64,000 nucleotides of DNA from Mustelus asterias (Eukaryota). The notes under the pieces were generated by a model that was not told where the DNA came from, did no database searches, and was given only the letters and a program-made list of their open reading frames with translations. The stretch is from contig NC_135813.1 in NCBI RefSeq assembly GCF_964213995.1, forward strand, positions 3,782,001 through 3,846,000, given 5' to 3'. The position numbers were made by a program, and so were the translations under genes. Below are positions 11,386-24,009 of the stretch, piece by piece (position 1 is the stretch's first letter; every line of letters begins with the position of its first letter).

Positions 11386-11540
11386 GTTGGTCATTTCAGC
11401 CCAATGTCTGGCCTCAGCATGTTACAGATAAAGAACTTGAAGAATCAGAAGAAACATTTGTTGCATTGATTATAGACAGACTCCTCCAGGAGAATTTTGC
11501 TGCAACGCTTCTCATGGTGCCCAAGTCCTATCGAAGTTGA
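11386..11540 (+). CDS. Cereblon-like CULT protein, exon 2 (not in ORF track)
   Basis: Acceptor tttaacag at 11385. Continues in phase as (G)WSFQPNVWPQHVTDKELEESEETFVALIIDRLLQENFAATLLMVPKSYRS*, completing the HLGWSF motif. Total CDS 516 nt = 171 aa. Confidence 0.88.
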
Positions 11541-11567
11541 AATCAAGTTGTTTCATCTATTTTCATA

Positions 11568-11573
11568 AATAAA
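11568..11573 (+). terminator. Candidate polyadenylation signal of CULT gene
   Basis: AATAAA 28 nt after the stop codon, followed by T/GT-rich sequence. Confidence 0.5.
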
Positions 11574-11851
11574 TATTTATCATTATCTATAATTTTGTGT
11601 TACATATCCAAATATGAATTCAAGTTCTATCACAGCAGTTTTGGAATGAAGTTCAGTTAATCAAACAAAACAATCTATATGATGACAAGCCAACTGGTTC
11701 TTTAAGGGAGGAACCCATATCTGATCTGGCTGATTAATGACTTGATGCTGGTTCACTCTCCGTTGCCCCTGAGATAGCTGAGCAACCCACCAGTTGTAAA
11801 AACTGCAATGCAAAACTCAATAGGACAGGGCATTGATCTAGGTGCCAGACT

Positions 11852-12122
11852 CATAGAATCCCTATAGTGCAGGAGGAGGCCATTTGGCCCATCAAGCCTG
11901 CACCGACAACAATCCCACCTAGGCCCCACAACTCCACGCTAGTCCCCTTGACACCAAGGGCCAACTGAGCATAGCCAATCCACCTAACCGACGCATCTTT
12001 GGACTGTGGGAGAGAACCCACACAGCCACGGGAAGAACGTGCAAACTCTGCACAGACAGTCACCTGAGGCTGGAATTGAGGTGTGAGGCAGCAGTGCTAA
12101 CCATTCTGCCACCATGCGGCCC
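11852..12122 (-). mobile_element. HE1/V-SINE
   Basis: catagaatccctatagtgcagg tail through gcagcagtgctaaccatt head, reverse orientation. Confidence 0.8.
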
Positions 12123-12334
12123 ACAATGTCAGACATAAAACCATGATCATGCAAAGTGCTTATAAACATCTGGGGACCTATGCAAAAATTGGGAGAACTG
12201 TTCCACAAACTAGTCAAACAACATTCTGCTATAATTGTATTTACAGAATCAGCCAAAATCCCAGTTTCCTCCTCCACCATCTCAGGGTATATCCTGTCCC
12301 ACCAGTAGGGTCAACAGAGGTGGTGGTAGTGGTA

Positions 12335-12925
12335 TAGAACCCTAGAACAGTTGTGGTGCAGAAGGAGGACATTCAGCCCATCATGTCTGCACTGGCCAAA
12401 AAGGAGAAAAAAGAAACTAGCTGCTCATTTTAATCCCATTTTTCAGCACCTGGGCCATAGCCTTGCAGGTTACAGCACTTCTGATGCAGATTCAGGTACC
12501 TTCTTTAATTAGTTGAGTGTTTCAGCCTCAACCACAAACTTAGTGAATTTCAGACACCCACCACCGTCTGGGTGAAATAATTTTTCCTTATGTCTCCTCT
12601 AATCCTACCAATCACCTTAAATCTATGCTCCCTGGTAATTGACCGCTCAACTCAGGGAAACAATTTTGTACATTTCAATCAGGTCACCCCTTGGCCTCCC
12701 TGTTCGAAGGGAAACAGCCCTCCCCTATCCAATCTCTCTTCATAGCTGCATTTTTCAAGCCCTGGCAAGAATTGTAAATCTCTGTACTCTCCAGAGCAAT
12801 TATGTCCTTCCTGTAATGTGGCAACCAGAACTGTACACAAATCCAACTGTGGCCTCACCAGCATTTTATACAGTTCAATCATTACATCCCTGCTTTTGTA
12901 TTCAATACCCAATAAAGGAAAGCAT
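12335..12925 (-). mobile_element. Degraded CR1 LINE 3' fragment
   Basis: Minus-strand GIEYKSRDVMIELYKMLVRPQL; tail at ~12335. Confidence 0.75.
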
Positions 12926-12974
12926 TGCATATGCTTTCTTGATCCACACCTGTCTTGCCCTCAAGGATCTGTGG

Positions 12975-13966
12975 ACATGGCTTGCCCAAAGGAGGCAGAG
13001 AGTGGGTATAGATGGGTCTTTTTCTAAATGGAGGTCGGTCACCAGTGGTGTGCCCCAGGGATCTGTTCTGGGACCCTTGCTGTTCGTCATTTTCATCAAT
13101 GACCTGGATGAAGAAGCGGAGGGATGGGTTGGTAAGTTTGCCGACGACACGAAGGTTGGTGGGGTTGTGGATAGTCTGGACAGATGTCAGAAGTTACAGA
13201 GGGACATAGATAGGATGCAAGACTGGGCGGATAAGTGGCAGATGGACTTCAACCCAGATAAATGCATCGTGGTCCATTTTGGTAGGTCAAATGGGATGAA
13301 GGAGTACAATATAAAGGGAAAGACTCTTAGTACTGTAGAGGATCAGAAGGACCTTGGGGTCCGGGTCCATAGGACTCTGAAATCGGCCCCGCAGGTGGAG
13401 GAGGTGGTTAAGAAGGCGTATGGTGTGCTGGCCTTTATCAATCGAGGGATTGAGTTTAGGAGTCCGGGGATAATGATGCAGCTATATAAGACCCTCGTCA
13501 GACCCCACTTGGAGTACTGTGCTCAGTTCTGGTCACCTCACTATAGGAAGGATGTGGAAAAGATTGAAAGGATGCAGAGGAGATTTACAAGGATGTTGCC
13601 TGGATTGAGTGGCATGCCTTATGAGGATAGGCTGAGGGAGCTCGATCTTTTCTCCTTGGAGAGACGAAGGATGAGAGGAGACCTAATAGAGGTGTATAAG
13701 ATGTTGAGAGGCATAGATCGGGTGGACTCTCGGAGGCTTTTTCCCAGGGTGGAAATGTCTGCTACGAGAGGACACAGGTTTAAGGTGCTGGGGGGTAGGT
13801 ACAGAGGAGATGTTAGGGGTAAGTTTTTCACAGAGGGTGGTGGGCGAGTGGAATCGGCTGCCGTCAGTGATGGTGGAGGCGAACTCAATAGGGTCTTTTA
13901 AGAGACTCCTGGATGAGTACATGGAGCTTAATAGGATGGAGGGTTATAGGTAGGTCTAGAAGGTAG
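12975..13966 (+). mobile_element. Young CR1 LINE, 5'-truncated, reverse-transcriptase ORF largely open
   Basis: QRVGIDG...SGVPQGSVLGPLLFVIFINDLD...KFADDTK...LYKTLVRPHLEYC; about 275 codons without a stop. Confidence 0.93.
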
Positions 13967-14397
13967 CATTCGGCCTCTGATATTCGGGTAAGCGTTCTCC
14001 AAGGCGGCCTTCGCGACACACGACGGCGCAGAGCAGAAACTGATAGCCAAGTTCCGCACACACGAGGACGGCCTCAACCGGGATATTGGGTTCATGTCAC
14101 ACTATTTGTAACCCCCACAGTTTCACTGGCTGTCTTGTCTGGAGACAATACACATCTTTTTAGCCTGTCTTGATGCTCTCTCCACTCACGTTGTTTTGTT
14201 TCTTAGACTTGATTAGTTGTAAGTATTCGCATTCCAACCATTATTCATGTAAATTGAGTTTGTGTCTTTATATGCTCTGTTTGTGAACAGAATTCCCACT
14301 CACCTGAAGAAGGGGCTTGGAGCTCCGAAAGCTTGTGTGGCTTTTGCTACCAAATAAACCTGTTGGACTTTAACCTGGTGTTGTTAAACTTCTTACT
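13967..14397 (+). mobile_element. Penelope-like element 3' end
   Basis: Encodes ...EQKLIAKFRTHEDGLNRDIGFMSHYL*, then a UTR and the terminal caaataaacctgttggactttaacctggtgttgttaaacttctta. Same family as 2545-3015. Confidence 0.8.
14300..14337 (+). ncRNA. Minimal type I hammerhead-ribozyme motif (Penelope-associated)
   Basis: CAC-CTGAAGA-A-GGGGC(TTGGA)GCTCC-GAA-AGCT-T-GTG: helix I CAC/GTG, CUGANGA core, helix II, GAAA, palindromic AGCT in place of helix III, UH site. Activity untested. Confidence 0.6.
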
Positions 14398-14900
14398 TAT
14401 AGACCTCACCCTACATCACTATCAAGTCATGAGACCAACCAATCCTATAAGGGAGAGTAGAAGGGCATAGCATGAACAGTGCCATGTGGAACTAAACTGT
14501 AATCCCCAGCAATGGAATTCAACAATGGTATTGCCATTTATAAATTCAGCAATGTCAAGGCCATTGTATGTCAAGGGGAAAAGTTTAAATAGATTCTCTT
14601 GTTGGAGATGGTCATTGCCTGGCATTTAAGTGGCATAAATTTAACTTCAATCCAAGCCTGAATATTGTGCAAAAAATACTAATAGCTGAATTATAGTGAA
14701 GTGTTAGCTATCCAAACATCACAAATGTGAATATAGCAAAAAATATTAAGACAATGAAACATGAATTATGTTTTGGAAATTTGATAAATTAACTCGCCCT
14801 TTCATCACCCCAAGTAAACCCATTTGGAAGACAGATCAACCTTAGGTTTACAGAAAAGTTTAAGGAAGAAAATGTGTATCCAAAATTGAAAAGTCTCTCC

Positions 14901-15193
14901 TGTGAAGTGGCTACCCCAAAATTCTAATTACTCACCCAGTAGAAATGCCGCAGAGCCTGTCTTTTGTTATACAATTACCTGCTCTATGATGGATATGTAT
15001 ACACAATCCTAATATCAACTACATAAATTGTTCCCATAGCCTGGAACTCGAAACATTATTTGGATGTGTAATTGACACAAAATAATTTTTACCAGTTACG
15101 AGGCTTAACTTTGGCAATCCTCTGAATGCAGGTCTTTCTGGAAGTCTTAAGCTCGAATACTGTCGAAGGGAATTTTAGGGTAGCCACTTCACA
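14901..15193. repeat. 293-bp segment bounded by 24-bp inverted repeats (MITE-like or hairpin)
   Basis: TGTGAAGTGGCTACCCCAAAATTC (14901-14924) versus GAATTTTAGGGTAGCCACTTCACA (15170-15193): 23/24 complementary. Confidence 0.65.
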
Positions 15194-16252
15194 ATTGTTT
15201 GATGTGACAAAGTGAATGATTTTGCTTAAACTCGGTCTGAAATTTTATGATAGAAGGGGTTAAATTCTGCTTCGGTCAATTGCAGCATTGTTAATTTGAC
15301 AGTTGTCAGGCACAAATCCAAGGGAGGAGCTGAGCATTTTCAACTATAATCCAGTGGACTCCGTGCCTCCCATTTTGTTGCGGCCTGGGAAATCTGCCCC
15401 TCCTACTTCAGGTGTTGCACTTTTATATACTTGATCACCATGAATTTAATATATATATATTTTTTCAAAATCTACAACTACCTTAGACCACAGCAACATG
15501 CTGCAGAGATCTGAAAGAAAAATTGTATAAATTCAAGGAGACCCAACTACCACCAATTAAATAACCATGATCGGTACGAACTTTGATACCAAATCCACGT
15601 GTTAAATTTCCTCATGCCTTAAAGGAGCAGTCTTGGTGCTCAGCTTGCAACTCCGAGGAAAAAAGTCTCCTTCAGAAAAAGTTCATCAACTTTTACGCAT
15701 GTCTACCGTCGGGTCAGAAATTTCTCAACTTGAGTTGGGCCTGCTTTCTGGAAAAGTGGTGTAGACAATTCTGTAGATTAACAAATTATACTTATTAGCC
15801 AGAAATAAATATTCCATAATTTTAAAATGGGGGTATGACACCAAACGTAACCACACTTCCAAGAGTCAGTGGGTAGTATAATGGGTTAAACTGCCTCCTT
15901 CTGCACTGTAAATTGCTATGATCTAAGGCAGATGCCAATACCAACAAATGGTGAGCTCCCATGTATTTTCTGAGAAACTACACGTCGAGTTTTGCCAGAT
16001 AAAGGGTTATCTGAAATGACTTAATGGCATCGGATTTCACTGGTCTGAATAGTTAACTCACTTCTCTGAAAAACCACAAAAGATTCAAAGGCTCAGACTC
16101 CTGTAATGGCCATTGATAATAACCTGTTTACTTTTTAGATTATATTCCATTACATATTTGGTTATGGTTCATATGTATTGGTGATATTTCCAGATGTATA
16201 CAATGAGCAGTAAAGACAATACACAGCACTGTGGCAAAACATGTATACAAAC

Positions 16253-16258
16253 TTTATT
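16253..16258 (-). terminator. Candidate distal polyA signal of SET
   Basis: AATAAA on the minus strand at the end of a ~3-kb stretch downstream of the SET stop with no recognisable repeats. Confidence 0.45.
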
Positions 16259-18548
16259 GTAGATAACAGTAAAGACAGATTGATGAGAACCAATTTAATT
16301 TAAAAAAAACATGAAGTCAGGACACCTCAGGCTGCCATATCAAACAAAATCCCAGTACACATTTAAAGATCAGGTGTCTATAATCCAGTGGAACATTCTG
16401 AAATGTGGTTTATAGACATCATGCTCTCCAGAACATTGCTAAGCAAAGCAATGGCTTAGCCAGGTCCCATTATCAGGACAATTATGTAAGCAAAAACAAG
16501 AAATAAAACTAACTACAGCTCTGGTTATACTCATTAGGCTTCTTGTATGCCATCATTTCTTAGACGAAAGTGTTCAGGTCCATTATTACTAGTTGAAGGA
16601 ATCACATGCCTTACGCTTGCATTGCTGGTGGTAGAATTATTAGTCATTTCATCAATTTGCCAAAGGAAAAGTGGCATGGTTGGTAAGCTTTTTTTTTGCA
16701 TCCCAAGAGGGTTTTCCCACCTACAACTCAGTTTCTGCGTCTATACCGGAGTGGCAGAATGCATCAGACAGGAAGGACCTGCTCAGGGGAATCTATTTCT
16801 CAGAATGAAAAACATGCAAATGTACAACAACTCCCTCTTGTGAAGGCACACTAAAAAACACCAGGAGAAATTGGGATTAGATTTGTGAAATAACTGCAGT
16901 CGTTAGCTGCTCAGGTTGTGCTGCAGTCTAATACCAGGAAAGGGAATAATTAGATACAAAAATCTCCGTCTGCTGCAAATCAACCACCAGAGTTAACTAG
17001 CAGGACAAGTATACCAAGTCAGTTTAGGATACTATTCAGGCAAGGCTCAAGAACAAGCGGTCATGTATGTTGTAGTGATACATCATAATGGCCTACTTCA
17101 TCACTGGTAACACAAGTGAAATGGCACCATTTTCCACTGACAGCATCTCTTAACTTCCAATTATAAGTAGGAAAGGGTTAAAGCAAACTTACAATGAGGA
17201 ATCAAACTCAAAAGTTCTTAAATAGCATTATCAAGTCAGGGTTAATGGAATTGGGAGAAGTTCATAAATCAAGGAAAACAGTTATCAGGTCACCTTTTTT
17301 TCATTGTACAATAGCAATTCAAATGTCGTCACAGTTTAGTACAATCAGTACAAATTCTGGAAAGTCAAGAAAATTGACCAATTAAACAATGAAATAGGAA
17401 CAGAATAGGGTTAAATACTACAAGTGGCATTGATTTGGGATACCTGCACCCCACGTTTTTACAAAAGATGCAGCAACAGCTCCCATATATCCAAAACTAG
17501 TGATAATCATGTCATAACTACATTCCTAATAGGAGTTGGAATGGAATCAATTAGCACAAATAAACTCTTCTGCACCAGAGATATGAATTTGCAAGAGTTG
17601 CACCAAATCCATTGTACATTGCATACCAATAATTAAAATGTAATAATTATGCAAAAGTCTAATTTTCTGCAAAACTTTTGTGGCAGGCTCTTTAAAATGT
17701 CAATTGATTATATACACAGACATATCACAACTACATTTTGGTGCTAAATGGTGTAGCGCTCATGGGACTGGTCGCAAGAAAACTGAGTCATCGGTCCAAT
17801 GGATCTATTGCAACTACTGCCAGGACAATATATACATTATATACCAAATTACAGAATTTAGCTACTAGAGGCAAAAAAGATCAAGTGCAATTTGGTAGTA
17901 AAAGCAAGCCTAGAAAGTAACAAACTGTCCACAAAAAAAAAAGTGGGGCATTTAAATTCAAAACTGAAGCATTTACAATGCAGCACTGGACCCAGACCCA
18001 ACTGATCGAAGAGTTGCAATTTTCCCTTTGAAATTACAATCTCATTTCCAATGAACAGATTGACAAACATGTAGGCTTCTTGCACATCTCAGACACCAGG
18101 CTAGAAACACTACATGTTGGTATACAAAATGGGAAGCACTGACCAAGCCTCGTTGCACCCATGTTCCAATAAGAGTTAGATGACAATACAATTTTAATCA
18201 ATTAATTTCACAGGTGCAAATCTGCTCAATCCTCAAATTATACCCAGTGGATGTGGAAAAAAACTCAAAAGACCTGTCCATAACCTGATATTTGCAGCAC
18301 CTTTCATCTTTGCATGCATGTATATTAGGATTGTTATAATTTAGTCTTTAAATAGGCAAATAATGGAAATCTAATTTGGAGTCACCATTTTGAGATCAAT
18401 TTTGGTACTGTAGAATTTACCTCAGGCATGTACAATTTCCCCCAAGTATTTACTAAAAATAACCACTCAAGACCGATTGCAATCAAATCCTCAAAACATT
18501 CCAGGTTAAAAGCAAACTCACCACACACTTTTCGTGTACACATTTAGT

Positions 18549-18554
18549 TTTATT
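18549..18554 (-). terminator. Candidate proximal polyA signal of SET
   Basis: AATAAA on the minus strand within aaagtgtacaagttgctttgttacAATAAAactaaatgtgtaca, which I recall as similar to the mammalian SET 3'UTR. Confidence 0.6.
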
Positions 18555-19301
18555 GTAACAAAGCAACTTGTACACTTTAAACGTTTAAAACGGAGCAATT
18601 TTCCTTTCCAGTGAAACAAAAAATTACATTAGAGAATGTAGATTCCAATAAGATTCTACAGGTTGTCACTCCATCTGCTGTGGGGTTCAAATCGATTAAT
18701 ATTTAAAATTGTTGGCTTCGGTTGCATGGATGTTGTAAAAATATACAATGCATCAACATGCTAAGTACAGCCACGTCCTCAAAATACCCAACAAACCCAC
18801 CCATTAGAACCCAACCATCTGCATCTACCCCAGGTGCCTCAGTGACACCCCAATTTGTTACAAGAGAGAAGGAAACAAGGACTTGATGGTAACTGCTAAT
18901 TGTCCACATCACATGGAAACACAGTGTAATCTCTGGGCCATAACAGGTAGGAAAAAAGCCTATTCAAAATTATCTATAGTCACAGCACAATGGCAAATTA
19001 AGTTCTGGGCTTCTAGCAGAGGGATGGGTTGGAGGGGGTGGGGTTTAAAATAAAAAGTAAAAAAAAATACAATCACATTACTACAGAAAATGGTGTGCTG
19101 GCGCTAGGAGAATTCATATCAGTTCATGGAAATGGCAGAGAGAGATTGCCACTGTAGTTTGCGCATGTAACTCATCCCAATTGTGTATAATGGTTTAAGG
19201 ACCTCAGGAGAACAAGGAAACTGAGCACAAAAAGACAGCAACTTGCTCCCAGGGACTAAAGAAAAAAAAAGTAGAAGAGGTGAATATCAACAGCAACCAG
19301 A

Positions 19302-19325
19302 TCAGTCATCTTCGCCCTCCTCCTC
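19302..19325 (-). CDS. SET: SET exon 8 (EEEGEDD*)
   Basis: Acceptor ttctttatag; GAG GAG GAG GGC GAA GAT GAC TGA matches the SET C-terminus. Confidence 0.88.
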   Translation of the reverse strand, partial: EEEGEDD

Positions 19326-19945
19326 CTATAAAGAAAGGGGAAATAGTTAGTGCAAGGCAGCTAGTTGCAGATTTAAAAAAACAAATCAGAATCTTCAGAC
19401 ATTCCTCTAAAAGAAGGAACAACAGGTGCAACACTTGTAGACTCAACAAAAACAAATCGGAACTATTAGACTCTCATCTAAAAGAATCAACAGGTGCAAG
19501 ACTCTAGTTAAAGAATTTGCACCAAGTATTCCAAATTACTCAAACTGTTAAAATGAGATTTCTTGTGTGAAACTCAATTTAAGGAAGGAAGAAAAACAGA
19601 AAGCACATCTTACAAAGTATTCTCCCATTTAACAAAAAGTTACTGGCATTTCAGCATTTAACTAAAATATCAATTTTTCTACTGCATGCGCAGTCAAGCT
19701 AGATCCTCTTTCCTCGGGGTGTTCTGGTGTTAAAAAATATCAAGCATCACATTACACTTCATGACAAATATTTGGCCCAAATCTTAGGCCGGTAAGTGAT
19801 TGAATAATGGAAGACTTGTAAGAAAGGAGATTCCATTTGGATTGATTCAATGCTAGAAGCATGAGACAAATTTAGCCAGCTGCATCATTTTAAAATTTCC
19901 ACACAAATGTTACATTTGGGCCATGAATTTAAAGACAGCACTTGC

Positions 19946-20101
19946 CTCGGCTTCTTCCCCTTCTTCCTCCTCCTCTTCATCCTCTTCTTCTCCCTCTTCA
20001 TCCTCGTCTCCTTCTTCATCAATGTCCTCCAATCCCTCCTCTTCCTCCTCATCTTCATCTTCCTCTTCACCATCCCCTTCTTCGTCTTCCATATCGGGAA
20101 C
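19946..20101 (-). CDS. SET: SET exon 7 (acidic tail)
   Basis: [40 protein letters not shown]...EEAE, 156 nt. Acceptor ttggcag; GC donor GAG|gcaagt. Confidence 0.88.
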
Positions 20102-20650
20102 CTGCCAACACATCACATGAATTACATTTTTTGTCAAGGGACACATTTGTAAAACAAGTTCATCACAATGGTTGAGCTTTTGTACAGAAGGCACAGCTGG
20201 TCTTTAAATGATGTGGGATCGCAAGGATATAGAACAGGCTGTTGCACACACGAAATTAAGATTCCCCAATATTTGTTGCACTATGTCAAAACAGTAAATA
20301 ACTAGAAGATTGAACATACAAATCACTAAAGTAGATCAGCAATCTAGCTCTAGAAAAATCAACACTCACTACCCTAACCATCCTAATTATAAAGCAATTT
20401 TTAAAAAACTCCCAAAAGACAAGCAATTGATTTCATCCTCTCTTGGGTTTTAGCTTGACTGCTCTGTGGCTTTTAATTATTGACAATAGCTACCAAATAG
20501 GCCCGCTCTTTTGTGCAGGAACAAATGCTGAACTTCCCATGAAAAGAGATGCAATACTACTGGTGAAGTTGAATACCCACAGCCCTTATGCCAAATAATA
20601 ATTAATCACCCACCAAATAGTTTGCATGCTGAAGACAGTTTTCAAGTTCA

Positions 20651-20884
<234 letters not shown>

Positions 20885-20949
20885 TTATTTGCATTACAAC
20901 TGTTCAGAAGGTTCAGATACACAAGCAGGTGGAGCACAGCATTTTAAAG

Positions 20950-21240
20950 TAGTTTATTTATTAGTCACCAAGTAGGCTTACATTAACATTGCAATGAAGT
21001 TACCGTGAAAGTCACCACACTCCAGCACCTGTTTGGGTACACCAAGGGAGAATTTAGCATGGCTAATTCACCTAACCTGCACATCTTTGGACTGTGGGAG
21101 GAAACCGGAGCACCCGGAGGAGACCCATGCAGACACAGGGAGAATGTGCAAACTTTGCTCCACACAGACAGTGACCCAAGCCAGGAATTGAACCCAGGTC
21201 CCTGGCGCTGTGAGGCAGCAGTGCTAACCACTGTGCCACC
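20950..21240 (-). mobile_element. HE1/V-SINE in SET intron 5
   Basis: Complete reverse-complement copy with the alternative tail. Confidence 0.88.
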
Positions 21241-22338
21241 CCGGTTTAATTCAGGTTTAAAAAATAGATTAATTCACTTCAGCACAAAAGATGCAAAGAA
21301 GATGTGACAAAACATATGATGCAAAACTAAAGTGCTGAGAATAGCATGAACTATGGAATTAAGCATGTTTAATAGCAACCAGTGTAATTCTAAACTAATT
21401 GCAACAGTACCAAGTTGCTCAAGTAGCTTTTGTTATAACAAATTTCCCAAAATACCCTTCCTCCAGAACTGATAAAATTCAATTATAGAAGCCCATTACT
21501 TCCACAGAAGAGACAACTGAACTCAACAGAAATAGATTTGAAACATCAGGGCTGTACAGCTCAGTACCTGAGCAATTGAAACTAAATTGATGCAGAGAAA
21601 AAATACATTGAAGACTATTGTGAATGGCAGAGATGCTAACTCAAATGTTAACTCCTTTCCACACTAACTTACGAACTGAGATATGCAACTGATTTGTCAG
21701 TTGACGTTCCCCATTACCACCTGGCCATTTGTGAATGACTAAGATCAAAACACATCAATTCGGACATATTCGGCATGGAAACAAAAATCAGGCAAATACT
21801 TAAATCAATATGCCAAATACGCTCCAGTCCAACTGTACACATCAGCTGTGAAGTACTTGCCCAAAGGAAATGAAGCAGTCATCACAACATATTGCTTTTG
21901 GCCCCTCATGTTGAGGCTCTAAGAATATTAACAAACATCACCCTAGTATCCTTTTCCAACCTCAAGGTAGAAAAAATAATAAATTGCCAAGTCACAAGAT
22001 CAATGCAGTCTTTTCAGGCAGGATGAAGTTAGGAACGGAGTATGCCATCCAGTCCCTTGAGACTGTTGTCATTCAATTAGATCATGGCAGATTATCTCAA
22101 TTCCATGCACTTGCTTAGTTCTTAAACTTTATTACACTACCAAACCTGAACTAAACTTTCAAATCATTCCAAGTCTCAACAGCAATTTTAGGACATTTCC
22201 AGATGTATGCTACCCTTTGCATGAAAATCTTTCCTGATATCACCCCAGTAACTCAAATAAATTGGTTTTCTGAACATAATTATAGGTTTACATGCCTTTC
22301 AGAATCACCCATGAGATTAAATAAGAATCCAGTAGTTA

Positions 22339-22557
<219 letters not shown>

Positions 22558-23859
22558 TCAGTACATTTGAGTAACTACCTGACAGTGGTAGCAGTCCAAG
22601 CCCCACTGTTGATACTTCAATTACTTAAAGCAGTCATATAAAAAAAAACAATCTCAAATGTAGTATATTTATTGAAAGGTTGTAATAATAGATTGCACGA
22701 AGAATTAAAAGTGGAGCATTCACCAAGCAATTAAACACTTGGTAGTTAACCCAAATGTTTACTTGACAATACTGTTGGCATGCACGTGCATTAAAAAACG
22801 GAACTGCCCTACGAATACTAATTGCTAAACAGAGAACCGAAAATCATAGATGAGGTACATTATTCAAGATGCAGTGCCAAGGTTTCTGTACGTCAAACCA
22901 TTTACAACCTTTGCTCAATTATAGTGCATTTACTTGAAGCAGGGTGAATGGGTGACTTGAGTCCCTCTCCAGAGACCTCGACACAAAATGCAAACTGATT
23001 TGTCAATCTGACAAGAGGGAGTGTTTCACTGTCAGGGCTGTTTTTTTTGGATGAACCTTTTAATTATGGGCCCACCTGCCTGTATAGGAAGTTTCCTATA
23101 GTTTCCAGAGTAGCTGTTTGAGGTTAATCACCACAAGACAAGTCTTATAAAACAACCTCAATATCAGTCATTTGATGTGTAAGAAGTCAAAATGCCACCT
23201 TGACACATGAAGGTGCGTTAAGTGTAGTTAGTCAAGCAACAGGTCATCTTGACTGAAGGATGATTCACCTTTAGTGCAAAAGATTACAAAGAACAATAGA
23301 TAATTTGCTCGTGGGGGAACACAACAGCCAACCCCAAGAATATTGAGGCAAATTGACATTCTTCCCAACTCTGTTCAACTTCATGCCTGCAAACTTGCAG
23401 CAATTCAGAGATCTTCCCCACTATTTTTGTGCAGTTAATTGCATCAATCACCAAGACCACCGACTTGCAATAGATAAAATTCAAATTTAAGGTTTTAGGA
23501 ATTTGATATTTGAGTGGGTTAATAATTCTTCAATTACCTCATTTGTGAAAATTAGTGCATCTGCTGTTGCATCAGCAAAATAAAAATTCCATTATACTTC
23601 AAGACAGACTGGTAGTTTTAAAAATAGAGGTATTATTTCTCAAAACAAATTTGAAACCAGGATTTTAAAAAACAGCAATGGAAATAATTAACTCACCCTA
23701 CAAAAATGACATTATACTTAAAAAGAACAAGTGGAAACTTATCACTCCCATGGATCAAGGAATTTTAAAGACAAAATGAAATTTAGAGCTGCCGAATACA
23801 CATTTTCAATTGTTTAGCCCTGTAAAACAAATTTGCTTTTAATAGTCAATCCAAAATCA

Positions 23860-24009
<150 letters not shown>

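Noticed and set aside
12639-13901. 420-aa ORF as a host or domesticated RT gene
   Set aside because: It is a chimera of an antisense CR1 remnant and a 5'-truncated CR1 ORF2, frameshifted near its end and lacking an ATG start.
19885-20175. Poly-Ser, Pro/Leu and Arg/Lys ORFs
   Set aside because: Alternative frames and the opposite strand of the SET acidic-tail exon.
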